Of a stretch of DNA of 64,000 bases, positions 41,206 through 50,806 are shown in pieces. A model generated the notes under the pieces. The model saw only the letters and a program-made list of their open reading frames with translations, ran no database searches and was not told the DNA's origin. The position numbers and the translations under genes are program-made. How positions within the stretch are numbered: the first letter of the stretch is position 1; every line of letters starts with the position of its first letter. The DNA is from an uncultured Acidimicrobiia bacterium (GTDB lineage: Bacteria > Actinomycetota > Acidimicrobiia > IMCC26256 > JAENVU01): the NCBI GenBank assembly GCA_963765075.1, contig CAVXVA010000001.1, positions 66,051-130,050 of the forward strand, read 5' to 3'.

Positions 41206-41513
41206 TTCGACGAATCGGGATCGGCCGGCGACGCGACGCGGTAGACGATGCGGGAGTTCTCCGGGTGTTCGATGTCGATCGAGACCTGGATCGGATCGTC
41301 GGGATCCGGTTCGGGCTCGCCCGCTTCCCGGATCTCCATGGTCTCCTCCTGCTCGTGGTGCATGCCCATGCCCTTGGCCAGGCCGAGCATCGCGGCGCCG
41401 GTCATCGCGCCGGGCAACGAACCCATGAGCCGGTCGACGGTGCGTTCCGTGTTCTCGTCGACGACGTTCAACGACTCGTCGATCGGCACCCCGTCACGAT
41501 CTTCTGCTGCCAT
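41202..41513 (-). CDS. Small acidic hypothetical protein (103 aa)
   Basis: Distal part of ORF 41202..41993 from ATG 41513. It reads MAAEDRDGVPIDESLNVVDENTERTVDRLMGSLPGAMTGAAMLGLAKGMGMHHEQEE.... Codon usage is coding-like, but no family was recognised. Confidence 0.45.
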   Translation of the reverse strand: MAAEDRDGVPIDESLNVVDENTERTVDRLMGSLPGAMTGAAMLGLAKGMGMHHEQEETMEIREAGEPEPDPDDPIQVSIDIEHPENSRIVYRVASPADPDSSN

Positions 41514-41530
41514 GACCCCAGGGTAGAGGC

Positions 41531-41674
41531 CGCCGCCCGTCAGCGTTTGGCGGCTGGTGATCGCCGGACGACCGTCACGTGCCAAACGCTCGTAGGTTGG
41601 TCGAACCGAACGCCGCGCTTGGCATCTGGTGGTCGTCAGCCGACCATCACGCGCCAAACGGTGGAAGGTGGGGT
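41531..41674. repeat. Two tandem copies of a 72-nt hairpin-forming element between the dnaE stop and the next gene
   Basis: Copy 1 has arms AGCGTTTGGC (41542..41551) and GCCAAACGCT (41581..41590). Copy 2 has arms CGCTTGGC (41616..41623) and GCCAAACG (41653..41660). The interiors are homologous (CTGGTGATCGCCGGACGACCGTCACG versus CTGGTGGTCGTCAGCCGACCATCACG), each with an inner stem. The period is 72 nt. Confidence 0.7.
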
Positions 41675-41677
41675 GGG

Positions 41678-44600
41678 TCAGGCGATGCAGTCGGGGCCGA
41701 GGAGGACGCGGAGTTCGCCGAAGAGGCCGTTGCGCTCCGAGACGCAGAACTCGTCGCCCAGTTGCAACACCGTCGTCTTGTCCTGGCTCTCCAGATGCAC
41801 GAACACCTGCGACTCCCCGGGGTGTTCGGCGAGGATCTCCTTCAGCCGCGTGGTCTTGGCGTCGGTGAGTTCGCCGGGGCGGATGCGCAACCGGACGGGC
41901 GGCGCGCCGTCGAGGATCAGCGCCGGTTGGGTGATCTCCATGGCAATGACCTTCGGCGCGTCGTCGCGCATGTCGAGCCGACCCTTGACGCACACGATCG
42001 CGTCTTCACTCAGCATCTCCCCGTACGAGGCCATCGTCTTCGGGAAGACCATCACCTCGACGGCGGCCGCGAGGTCTTCGAGGACGAACGTTGCCATGAG
42101 GTCGCCGCGCTTGGTGTACTTCTTCGCCAAGGCCGTGACCACTCCCCCGACGGTTCGCAGCTCACCTTCGCGGATCTCCTTGAGGTCCGACAGCGTCGCG
42201 TCGGTGTGCCGGCGCAGCGCGCGCTCGGCGCCCATCAAGGGGTGGTCGGACACGTAGAGCCCGAGCATCTCCTTCTCGAACGCGAGCCGCTGGGTCTTCC
42301 CGAACTCCTGATCGGGAATCGCCGTGCGCGTGTGATCGCGCTCGGACTCCATGATCTCGGCGCTGGTGGAGAAGAGGTCGAACTGGCCCTCGGCTTCCTT
42401 GTTCCGTCGCCGCAGCACTTCCTCGACGATGGACTCGAACACCAATGAAAGTCCTTGGCGCGGGTGACCGAGCGAGTCGAACCCTCCGGCCTTGACCAGC
42501 GACTCGATCGTGCGCTTGTTCAGCGCCGTGGTCTCGACCCGATCGCAGAAGTCGTAGAAATCGGTGAACGGTCCGCCCTCGTCGCGCGCGTCGAGAATCT
42601 TGCCGACGACACCCTCACCGACGTTGCGGACGGCGGAAAGGCCGAACCGGATCGCACCGGGCCCGGGCGTGCCGTCCTCGAGCAGCGGGTGCACGACCGC
42701 GAAGTCCATCACCGACTCGTTGACATCGGGGACGAGGACCGGGATCTCGAGTTGGCGACACTCGTTCAAGTACACCGCCGACTTGTCCTTGTCGCCCTTG
42801 ACGCTCGTGAGCAACGCGGCGAGGTATTCGCGCGGGTAGTTCGCCTTCAGGTACGCAGTTTGGTACGCGACGAACCCGTAGCCGACCGAGTGGGACTTGT
42901 TGAACGAGTAGTCGGCGAACGGCTCGATGATGTCGAACATCTTCTCGCCGAACGGTCGGCCGTAGCCCTGGGCCTCGCACCCGTCGACGAACTTGGCGCG
43001 CTCCTTCGCGATGAGCACCCGGTCCTTCTTGCCCGTCGCCTTCCGGAGGTTGTCGGCCTCCTCCAGTGAGTATCCCGCCAGCCGCTGACTGACTCGCATC
43101 AGCTGCTCTTGGTAGATCATCAGACCGAACGTCGGGCCGAGAATCTCCTCGAGGTCGGCGTGGTCGTACTCGACCGGCTTGCGACCGTTCTTGCGGTCGG
43201 CGTAGTCGGTGTGCATGTTGGCCGCCATCGGGCCGGGGCGGTACAACGCGACGAGCGCGGCGACGTCCTCGAAGGAACTCGGTTCGAGCGACCGGATCAG
43301 CGCCCGCATCGGACCGCCTTCGAGCTGGAACACCCCGATCGTGTCACCGAGGCGCAGCAGCTCGAACGTCTTGGCGTCGGTGAGGTCGACGTTGTCGATG
43401 TCGGGCCGCACCCCCGTGGCGCGCTCGACGAGATCGAGGGTGATCTCCATCACATCGAGGTTGCGCAGCCCGAGGAAGTCCATCTTGAGGAGGCCGAGAT
43501 CCTCGACGCCGTGCATCTCGTACTGGGTGACGACCGGCGCGTCCTCGATCGGCGAGCCGGGTTCGGGTTTGCGCTGGATCGGCAGGTACTCGGTGAGGGG
43601 CTCCCGGGTGATCACCACCGCGGCGGCGTGAATGCCGTCCTGCCGGCGCAGCCCTTCGAGCCCACGCGCGACGTCGATGACGTCCTTGGCTTCCTTGTCG
43701 GTCTCGTAGAGCTCGCGCAGTTCGGTGGCCATCTTGTAGCCGTCCTCGAACTTCGGGTGCGGATCGAGACACGCGTAGAGCGGGGTGTCGCGACCCATGA
43801 TCAGCGGCGGCATGAGCTTGGCGATCTTGTCGCCGACGATGTAGGGATAGTCGAGCACCCGCGCCGCGTCGCGCACGGCGGCCCGCGCCTTGATCGTCGA
43901 GAACGTGATGATCTGGGCAACGTGGTCCGAGCCGTAGCGCTGCGCCGCGTACTTGATCATGTCGCCGCGGTAGCGGGAGTCGAAGTCCATGTCGATGTCG
44001 GGCATCTGCTTGCGGCCCGGGTTCAGGAACCGCTCGAACAGCAGGTCGTAGCGAATCGGGTCGATGTCGACGATGCGGAGGCAATACGCCACACACGAAC
44101 CCGCAGCACTGCCCCGGCCCGGGCCGACGCGGATGTTCTGCGAGCGCGCGTAGGCGACGAGGTCCCACACGACGAGGAAGTACGCCGAAAAGCCCATCGA
44201 CTCGATGACGCCGAGTTCGTATTCGATGCGGTCGCGCACGTTCGGGGCGAGATCGACCCCGTAGCGCTGCGCGGCCCCTTCGTAGGTGAGTTGGTGGAGA
44301 TACTCGGTCTCGGTCATCCCCTCCGGGACGGGGAAGCTCGGCAGCACGGGTTGACCGAAGTCGATCTCGACGTTGGCCCGCTCGGCAACCCAGAGCGTGT
44401 TGTCGCACGCCTCCGGTACCTCCGAAAAGATCGACCGCATCTCGACGGCCGACTTCAGGTAATGGCCGGAACCCGAGAACTTGAACCGGTTGGTCTCGTG
44501 AATCTTGGCGTTGGTCTGCACACACAGCAACGCGTCGTGGGCGGCTGCGTCGGCTTCGTGCGTGTAGTGGCTGTCATTGGTGGCGAGGAGCGGCGCCTGC

Positions 44601-45235
44601 AGCTGGTGCGCGATCCGAATGAGCTGGGGATTCGTCTGGGCTTGCTCGGGGAGCCCTTGGTCCTGCAACTCGACGAAGAGGTTGTCCCGCCCGAAGATGT
44701 CCTGCAGCCGCGCCGCGGCAGCGAGCGCACCCGGTTCGTCACCGTGGAGCAACCGCTGCAGCACGTGTCCACCGAGACATCCGGTGGTGGCAATGACGCC
44801 GTCGTGGTGGTCGGCGAGGATCTCCCAGTCGACCTTGGGCTTCTGGTAGTAGCCCTCGAGGTACGCGCGACTCGAGAGCTGGATGAGGTTGCGGTACCCC
44901 TGCTGGGTCTCGGCCAGCGCGGTCAGGTGGTAGTACGCCTTGCGGCCGCCCTCGACTTCACCGCCGGAGTCGTCGACCTGGCTCCCCCGCCGCACCGGGC
45001 GCTCGGTGCGGTGTTCGTACGCCTGGTACAGCTCGGTGCCGATGATGGGGACGATCCCCTGCTTGCGCGCCTCCTGGTACATCGGCAGGACGCCGTACAT
45101 GTTGCCGTGGTCGGTGATCCCGATCGCGGGCTGGCCGTCGGCCGCCGCGGCCGCGACGACATCGCCGATGCGCGAGGCACCGTCGAGCATCGAGTACTCG
45201 GTGTGGACATGCAGGTGGGTGAACGACTTCGCCAC
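41678..45235 (-). CDS. dnaE: DNA polymerase III alpha subunit (DnaE1)
   Basis: 1185-aa uninterrupted ORF (GTG start, GGAG upstream). It has the PHP domain (FTHLHVHTEYSMLDG), the polymerase core (PDIDMDF, GLLKMDFLGLRNL), HhH and OB domains. Confidence 0.97.
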   Translation of the reverse strand: MAKSFTHLHVHTEYSMLDGASRIGDVVAAAAADGQPAIGITDHGNMYGVLPMYQEARKQGIVPIIGTELYQAYEHRTERPVRRGSQVDDSGGEVEGGRKAYYHLTALAETQQGYRNLIQLSSRAYLEGYYQKPKVDWEILADHHDGVIATTGCLGGHVLQRLLHGDEPGALAAAARLQDIFGRDNLFVELQDQGLPEQAQTNPQLIRIAHQLQAPLLATNDSHYTHEADAAAHDALLCVQTNAKIHETNRFKFSGSGHYLKSAVEMRSIFSEVPEACDNTLWVAERANVEIDFGQPVLPSFPVPEGMTETEYLHQLTYEGAAQRYGVDLAPNVRDRIEYELGVIESMGFSAYFLVVWDLVAYARSQNIRVGPGRGSAAGSCVAYCLRIVDIDPIRYDLLFERFLNPGRKQMPDIDMDFDSRYRGDMIKYAAQRYGSDHVAQIITFSTIKARAAVRDAARVLDYPYIVGDKIAKLMPPLIMGRDTPLYACLDPHPKFEDGYKMATELRELYETDKEAKDVIDVARGLEGLRRQDGIHAAAVVITREPLTEYLPIQRKPEPGSPIEDAPVVTQYEMHGVEDLGLLKMDFLGLRNLDVMEITLDLVERATGVRPDIDNVDLTDAKTFELLRLGDTIGVFQLEGGPMRALIRSLEPSSFEDVAALVALYRPGPMAANMHTDYADRKNGRKPVEYDHADLEEILGPTFGLMIYQEQLMRVSQRLAGYSLEEADNLRKATGKKDRVLIAKERAKFVDGCEAQGYGRPFGEKMFDIIEPFADYSFNKSHSVGYGFVAYQTAYLKANYPREYLAALLTSVKGDKDKSAVYLNECRQLEIPVLVPDVNESVMDFAVVHPLLEDGTPGPGAIRFGLSAVRNVGEGVVGKILDARDEGGPFTDFYDFCDRVETTALNKRTIESLVKAGGFDSLGHPRQGLSLVFESIVEEVLRRRNKEAEGQFDLFSTSAEIMESERDHTRTAIPDQEFGKTQRLAFEKEMLGLYVSDHPLMGAERALRRHTDATLSDLKEIREGELRTVGGVVTALAKKYTKRGDLMATFVLEDLAAAVEVMVFPKTMASYGEMLSEDAIVCVKGRLDMRDDAPKVIAMEITQPALILDGAPPVRLRIRPGELTDAKTTRLKEILAEHPGESQVFVHLESQDKTTVLQLGDEFCVSERNGLFGELRVLLGPDCIA

Positions 45236-45327
45236 CAGTTACTCCGCCAAGAGGTGTTCGGGGCTGCCACCGGGCCGAATGACACGCGTGGAATTCATGA
45301 CCCTACCCGCGCCCGTCGAATGACCGC

Positions 45328-46428
45328 TCACCCGCGCCCCCCGGCCGCGACCAGGGGGACATAGATCTCAGCGGCGGTCAGCGATCCGTGCGCGCCGACC
45401 AGCTGGGATTCTCTCGGCATGGCCGGATCGAGATATCCCAGCGGCCCCTTGGGGATCAGGGCGACGTCGCCCAAACGGCGAACGTTGACCGCCGGGGCCG
45501 GGCCCGGTCCGAGCCAGCCGCCCTCGACCACTTCGTCACGACTCATCACCCAGGCATCGGCCCCGTACGCCTCCGTCGCCGCCGCCAGGAGTTCCGGCGC
45601 TCGCCCCCGCATGGCCGTGAGCCACCGGAACCGACCCTCACCGCTGCAGCCGTTGAGCAGCGGTTGGACCGCCGTCAGTTCCTGCCAGTTATCCCCGACC
45701 TGCATCTGGCCGTGATCGGCGGTCACGAGCAGCGCGGCCTCGGCCGGGAGTGCGTCCCGGAGCTGCCCGACGAGGGCGTCGGCGAAGGCCAGTTCGGCGT
45801 CGAGATACGGCGGACCCAGGCCGAACTCGTGCGCCACGGTGTCGATGCCCGGGTAGTACGCGTAGACCAGCGGGTTGCCGGCGTGCGCCAGCGCCCGACA
45901 CTGCTCGACCAACACGGAGGTCGTACTCCAGCCGAAGAACGGTGCGTCGCGCAGATGGGTGGCGGTGAAGCCCGAGGTGCGGAACTCCCGGCGGGTGACG
46001 ACGGGCACCGTCCGCCCGAGAAACGGCTGATGCCGCTGGACCCGGAACGCATCCGGGGGGCGGCCGCCACCGTCGACGGCCCACCACAGGACGTTGAGCA
46101 CATCGCCGTCGAGGCGAATGCGAAAGCCGAGGACACCGTGGTGGATCGGTGACAGGCCGGTCGTGATCGACGTCAAGGCCGACGCCGTCGTCGACGGCGC
46201 GACCGTGGTGATCCGACCTCCGACGAACTGACTCAACTCCGGCATGCAGGCTCGGTGGGTCTCGAGCAGATCCCAGCCCAAGCCGTCGAGCACCAGCAAC
46301 ACCACCGTCTTCGCCTCGCGAGCCGGCTCGGGAAGCCACGCGTTGTCGACGCGCCCGACGAGCGCCGGGACGACCTGTTCCAGCGATGCGCGCCCGTAGT
46401 CGGGACGAACGGGCTCGGGCGACGACAT
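45328..46428 (-). CDS. Alkaline phosphatase / nucleotide pyrophosphatase superfamily protein
   Basis: 366-aa ORF with VVLLVLDGLGWDLL, TVAPSTTASALTSITTG and LLVTADHG, the metal-ligand pattern of the AP/NPP superfamily. Confidence 0.75.
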   Translation of the reverse strand: MSSPEPVRPDYGRASLEQVVPALVGRVDNAWLPEPAREAKTVVLLVLDGLGWDLLETHRACMPELSQFVGGRITTVAPSTTASALTSITTGLSPIHHGVLGFRIRLDGDVLNVLWWAVDGGGRPPDAFRVQRHQPFLGRTVPVVTRREFRTSGFTATHLRDAPFFGWSTTSVLVEQCRALAHAGNPLVYAYYPGIDTVAHEFGLGPPYLDAELAFADALVGQLRDALPAEAALLVTADHGQMQVGDNWQELTAVQPLLNGCSGEGRFRWLTAMRGRAPELLAAATEAYGADAWVMSRDEVVEGGWLGPGPAPAVNVRRLGDVALIPKGPLGYLDPAMPRESQLVGAHGSLTAAEIYVPLVAAGGRG

Positions 46429-46482
46429 CGATGCACCGTAGCGAACCGGCCATCATCAGTGTCGGTGTGCGAGCATGGCCCG

Positions 46483-46953
46483 GTGAAGGTCTCGACCCGG
46501 GGCGACTACGCCGCTCGCGCGCTGCTCTCCTTGGCGCTGCACGACTCGAACCGGCCGACCTCGGTCAAAGAGATCGCCGAACGCACCAACCTGCCCCAGC
46601 CCTATCTGGAGCAGATCCTGCTGGCAGTCAAGGGCGCCGGCCTCGTGCGATCCAAGCGTGGAGTCGGCGGCGGGTACGTGCTCGCACGCCCGCCGGACGA
46701 GATCAGCCTGGCCCAGATCCTGGCCGCGGTCGACGGGCCGCTGACCACGCTGCCCGACGAACACGACCACTGCGAAGGCCACTGTGTCCTGCAGGAGGTC
46801 TGGGTCGCGGTGTCCGACGAGATGGCCGGGTATCTCGCCGGCCACACCCTCGCCGACCTCGCCCGCCGGGCCCAGGTCGGACACCCCGACGCGGTGGCGA
46901 TACCAAGCGCACCGGCTGCACCGGCTGCACCATCCGGGACCGCCACCAACTGA
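46483..46953 (+). CDS. Rrf2 family transcriptional regulator
   Basis: ORF 46255..46953 trimmed to GTG 46483. It reads VKVSTRGDYAARALLSLA...TSVKEIAERTNLPQPYLEQILLAVKGAGLVRSKRGVGGGYVLARP, a winged HTH of the Rrf2 family, with a C-x5-C-like CEGHC segment. Confidence 0.85.
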   Translation: MKVSTRGDYAARALLSLALHDSNRPTSVKEIAERTNLPQPYLEQILLAVKGAGLVRSKRGVGGGYVLARPPDEISLAQILAAVDGPLTTLPDEHDHCEGHCVLQEVWVAVSDEMAGYLAGHTLADLARRAQVGHPDAVAIPSAPAAPAAPSGTATN

Positions 46954-46974
46954 CGAACCCGGCCCCCGCCGGGG

Positions 46975-48345
46975 TCAGGTGCGGCGCAACGCCACGACGG
47001 CCGCCAACCCGCCACTGGGCGACGCGTCCAGCGCCACTCGGCCACCGTCGGCCTCGACGAGCTGGCGCACGATCGCCAGCCCGAGGCCGGATCCGCCCCG
47101 ATTTCCCGACGCCCGCCAGAAGCGGTCGAAGGCCCGGGCCCGTTGTTCGGGCGACATTCCCGGCCCGTCGTCGGCGACCCGAACCAAGATCAGACCATCG
47201 CTGCGCGTGGCGTCGATGCGGATGGTTCCCCCGCGCGGAGAGACGTCAATCGCGTTGGCGACGAGGTTGTCGAGCACTTGTTCCAACCGGCCGGGAGTGG
47301 CGCGGACCGTGAGACCGGGCGCGATCCCGACCTCGAACCGCACCGCATGTTCAGCCGCGTACTCGGCCCACGCCTCGACACGACCGTCGACGATCGGAGC
47401 CAGTCGGGTGAGCGACGGGACCTCGGTCTCCTGCTCGGCGCGGGCGAGTTCGAGGAGTCCGTCGACCAGCCGGGACAGGCGGGCAACTTCGGTGAGGGAA
47501 CCGGCAACATCGGCGGCGGCCTCATCCGATTCGGCGAGATCGTTCTCGAGGTTCTCGAGGCGGAGCCGGAGCGCGGCCAGCGGAGTACGGAGTTGATGGG
47601 AGGCGTCGGCGACGAACTCGCGCTGTGAGTGCACCAAACCCTCGACGCGAGCGGCGGTCGCGTTGAACTGTTCGGCCAAGTCGCGAAGTTCCGGCGGACC
47701 CGCCGGAACGTCAGCGCGCGCGTCGAGCGCGCCGCCGCCGAAGCGGGCCGCCGCTTTCGCCAGCCGCTCGATGGGGATCGTGACCTGTCGGGCCAGCTGC
47801 AGGCTGACGAGGAACACGATGAGCAGCACGACGACGCCGATCCCGATCAGCACCCACCACCCCTCGCGGATTCGAGTGTCGACGTAGGACGTGGGGTAGG
47901 TCACCCGGAGCGCACCGACCAACTCGTTGCCGTGCACGATCGGCACCGCGAAGAACAGGATGTCGTGGCCGAGCGTCTTCGAGTGCCGCGATCCGATCGC
48001 CTCCCGTCGGTCGAGTGCGGTCTTGAACTCGGGCCGGTTGGCGAAGTTCTCGGCAGGCCCCTCCCCCGCTTCGGAGTCGGCGACCACCGACCCGTCCGGC
48101 TTGATGACCACGACTCGGCCGCCGGTATCGTTCTCGTAGTCCTTGGCGAGCGTCTGCAGTGCGGCGACTCCGTCGGATTCCAACCCCTCCTCGGCACGGA
48201 TGGACAAGGCAAGCGCGTCGCGCTCCACCGACGCCGTCAGCCGGCGGCGCTGCTCTCGTGCGTACACCAGACCGAGCGGGACCTCGAGCAGCAGCAACAC
48301 GACGAGCGTCAACGTGAGATAGCTGAGCAGCAGACGACGACGCAC
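46975..48345 (-). CDS. Two-component sensor histidine kinase
   Basis: 456-aa ORF with two TM helices flanking a sensor domain, a HAMP domain, the H-box FVADASHQLRTPLAAL, the N-box LDNLVANAI, and G-boxes DDGPGM and GGSGLGLAIV. Confidence 0.9.
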   Translation of the reverse strand: MRRRLLLSYLTLTLVVLLLLEVPLGLVYAREQRRRLTASVERDALALSIRAEEGLESDGVAALQTLAKDYENDTGGRVVVIKPDGSVVADSEAGEGPAENFANRPEFKTALDRREAIGSRHSKTLGHDILFFAVPIVHGNELVGALRVTYPTSYVDTRIREGWWVLIGIGVVVLLIVFLVSLQLARQVTIPIERLAKAAARFGGGALDARADVPAGPPELRDLAEQFNATAARVEGLVHSQREFVADASHQLRTPLAALRLRLENLENDLAESDEAAADVAGSLTEVARLSRLVDGLLELARAEQETEVPSLTRLAPIVDGRVEAWAEYAAEHAVRFEVGIAPGLTVRATPGRLEQVLDNLVANAIDVSPRGGTIRIDATRSDGLILVRVADDGPGMSPEQRARAFDRFWRASGNRGGSGLGLAIVRQLVEADGGRVALDASPSGGLAAVVALRRT

Positions 48346-48351
48346 CGTGGC

Positions 48352-49020
48352 TTACCCGGCACCCGGATCGACCAGCCGGAAACCGACCCCTCGCACCGTC
48401 TCGATCCACGCCGGGTTCCCGAGTTTCTTACGCAACGTCGCGACATGAACGTCCAGGGTCTTCGTCGGGCCGTACCAGTGCGGGTCCCACACACGCTCCA
48501 GAATGGTCGTGCGGGAGAACAACGCGCCCGGCTCTTCCGCCAACAGCGCCAGCAGATCGAACTCCTTCGGCGTCAAGGCCAGTTCCTCGTCGGCGATCGT
48601 CACTCGATGGGCGCGCACGTCGATCGTCAACGCTCCGAGGGTCCGCATATCGCCATCGTCCGAGCGGCGGTCGCCGGTACGGCGCGCGACCGCTCGAATA
48701 CGCGCGACCAACTCGCGGAACCCAAATGGCTTGACCAGATAGTCATCCGCACCGAGTTCGAGCCCGACCACGCGGTCCGCTTCATCGCCGCGCGCGGTGA
48801 CCACGATGATCGGGACATCGGATCGCGACCGGAGCTGGTGACAGATCGCGAACCCATCCATGTCCGGCATGCCCAGGTCGAGCAGGACGAGGTCATAGCC
48901 GGTGGCGGCGAGGGCGGCCTCACCGGTCTCGACCCGAGACACACGGAAACCCTCGCGTTCGAGTCCCCGAGCCATCGGGACCGCGATTGCGTCATCGTCT
49001 TCCACCATGAGGAGCCTCAT
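48352..49020 (-). CDS. OmpR-family response regulator
   Basis: ORF 48352..49431 trimmed to ATG 49020 (GGTGGAGG upstream). It has a receiver domain (MRLLMVEDDD, LVLLDLGMPDMDG, VKPF) and a winged helix (LTPKEFDLLALL, VRGVGFRL). Confidence 0.9.
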   Translation of the reverse strand: MRLLMVEDDDAIAVPMARGLEREGFRVSRVETGEAALAATGYDLVLLDLGMPDMDGFAICHQLRSRSDVPIIVVTARGDEADRVVGLELGADDYLVKPFGFRELVARIRAVARRTGDRRSDDGDMRTLGALTIDVRAHRVTIADEELALTPKEFDLLALLAEEPGALFSRTTILERVWDPHWYGPTKTLDVHVATLRKKLGNPAWIETVRGVGFRLVDPGAG

Positions 49021-49144
49021 GCCTCCACCATCGCGCACGTTGGTGGTGTTCGGCCGCACCCTTTGCCCTTTCCTTACGTTTCGCCGACCGACTGCTGGCC
49101 GGGGTGTCCGTACGGTGGAATCCAACCCACCGAAGGAGTTCCCC

Positions 49145-49522
49145 ATGAACCGACGAACCGCACTCGCCGGCGCCGCCGCCATCAGCCTGAGCCTCACCGG
49201 CATCGCAGTGGCCGCCGGCGCGACGATGCACGTCTTCCAGGCCGCGGACGCCAGCCCCAACATCGGCAAGGTCAGCCCGGTCAGCACGGCGACCCTGCCT
49301 CCCGAAGTGGAGCACCACGTCGTGGACGTCGTCGACCCCCCGGTCCCCGCTCCCTTGGTACCGGCCCCCGCATCGGCCGGCCCGAACATCCGGCCCCGCG
49401 GCGAGCACGTCGAGTCCGACGTCGAGGCCACTCCCGCGCCGGCCGCGATCGCCCCGGCCGCCGCTCCGCACCATGAGGTCGAAACCGAGCACGAGGACCA
49501 CAGCGAGCCGGGTGACGACTGA
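49145..49522 (+). CDS. Exported His/Glu/Pro-rich hypothetical protein (125 aa)
   Basis: ATG 49145 with GAAGGAG 7 nt upstream. It has a signal-like N-terminus (MNRRTALAGAAAISLSLTGIAVAAG) and a C-terminus HHEVETEHEDHSEPGDD. It is the first gene of a tightly coupled four-gene unit. Confidence 0.5.
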   Translation: MNRRTALAGAAAISLSLTGIAVAAGATMHVFQAADASPNIGKVSPVSTATLPPEVEHHVVDVVDPPVPAPLVPAPASAGPNIRPRGEHVESDVEATPAPAAIAPAAAPHHEVETEHEDHSEPGDD

Positions 49523-49523
49523 C

Positions 49524-49901
49524 ATGACCACGTCGTCCCGTCGCCGCCACCCGGCGACTGCCAGTCGAATCCTCGCCGCGGGCGTTGCGGTGGGCACGGT
49601 CGGCGCAGCGGTGGGCTTCATGGCCGCGAACGATCCGGCCGTCGCCATCAGAACCGTCACGGCACCGCCCGCCCCCGCGCCGCGCGGCAAGGTGATCGTC
49701 ATCGAGGTCCAACACCATCCGGCCCCGATTGCTGCGGTCGACGTCGCCGCGCCGGCCTCGGCGGGTCGATCGGTCACGGTGTCACGGACTGCGACCACAC
49801 CCGCGCCGGCATCGGTTCCCACCCCGGGTGCGAGCGCCGCACCGGCACCCGCACCCCCGCGGGTACCTGCTCCCGCAGTCACGACGACCGGTCCCTCCTG
49901 A
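49524..49901 (+). CDS. Membrane-anchored Pro/Ala/Thr-rich hypothetical protein (125 aa)
   Basis: ATG 49524 lies 1 nt after the upstream TGA. It has an RRR-containing N-terminus and a TM helix (ILAAGVAVGTVGAAVGFMAA). The stop overlaps the apbE ATG (TGATG). No domain recognised. Confidence 0.45.
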   Translation: MTTSSRRRHPATASRILAAGVAVGTVGAAVGFMAANDPAVAIRTVTAPPAPAPRGKVIVIEVQHHPAPIAAVDVAAPASAGRSVTVSRTATTPAPASVPTPGASAAPAPAPPRVPAPAVTTTGPS

Positions 49902-50806
49902 TGCACAGCGCGCGATTTCCGGCGATGGGCACCACCGCACATGTGGTGCTGCTCGGGGGCGCCGAGCCGTTGTTGGAGTTGGCGCGGACCCGCATCGGCG
50001 AACTCGAACGGCGATGGAGTCGGTTCCTCCCCGACTCCGAACTGTGCCGGCTCAACCAAGCTCGAGGCCGTCCGGTCCGGGTGAGTTCCGACACACTGCT
50101 CGCGGTGCGAGCTGCCATCGCGGCGTGGCATCTCCTCAACGGCGCCTTCGACCCGACCGTGCTCGATGCACTGGAACACGCCGGCTACAACCGAACCTTC
50201 GCCGAGATCACGTCCCGCGTCGAGGGACCTACTGATTCGACGATCCCGATCGTTCCCGGGTGCGCCGGCATCACCATCGACCCCCTCGTTCGTGCGGTCA
50301 CCCTCCCGCCCACGGTTCGACTCGACCTCGGCGGGATCGGGAAGGGCCTCGCGGCCGACTTGGTCGCAGAGTCGCTGCTCGCGGCCGGGGCGGCGGGCGC
50401 ATTGGTCAACATCGGCGGCGACCTGCGGGTTGCCGGCGCGTCGCCGCATCCGTTCGGGTGGACCATCGAGCTCGCGCACGTGCCCGGTGACCGGATCGCG
50501 CTCACCGAAGGTGGACTCGCCACCAGCGCCACCACCAAACGGAAATGGCAGGTCGGCGACGACGTCCGTCATCACGTGATCGATCCGGCCACTGGCATCC
50601 CCGCGCGAACCGGCGTGGCGTCGGCCACCGTCGTCGCCGCCCGCGCCGTCGACGCGGAGACACTCGCCACCGCCGCCCTCCTCGTCGGTATCGACGAGGG
50701 GATCGCCCTGCTCGCCACCCATCACGCATCCGGACTGATCATCGGCGACGACCACGAACGCCGCGCCACCGCCGACCTCGGTCAGTTGGTCGGTTCGATC
50801 GCATGA
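49901..50806 (+). CDS. apbE: FAD:protein FMN transferase (ApbE family)
   Basis: 301-aa ORF with FPAMGTTAHVVL, FDPTV, LDLGGIGKGLAADL, GALVNIGGDL and HHVIDPATG, all ApbE hallmarks. Confidence 0.9.
   Translation: MHSARFPAMGTTAHVVLLGGAEPLLELARTRIGELERRWSRFLPDSELCRLNQARGRPVRVSSDTLLAVRAAIAAWHLLNGAFDPTVLDALEHAGYNRTFAEITSRVEGPTDSTIPIVPGCAGITIDPLVRAVTLPPTVRLDLGGIGKGLAADLVAESLLAAGAAGALVNIGGDLRVAGASPHPFGWTIELAHVPGDRIALTEGGLATSATTKRKWQVGDDVRHHVIDPATGIPARTGVASATVVAARAVDAETLATAALLVGIDEGIALLATHHASGLIIGDDHERRATADLGQLVGSIA

Noticed and set aside
43109-45364. 751-aa plus-strand ORF. Similar cases are 14193..16244 (683 aa), 5264..7129 (621 aa), 47629..49476 (615 aa) and 24313..25959 (548 aa).
   Set aside because: All lie antisense to strongly supported minus-strand genes (dnaE; rel and secF; alaS; the kinase and regulator; yebC, pdxT and pdxS). 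All have the same low-complexity R/G/D/H composition, so they are shadow ORFs.
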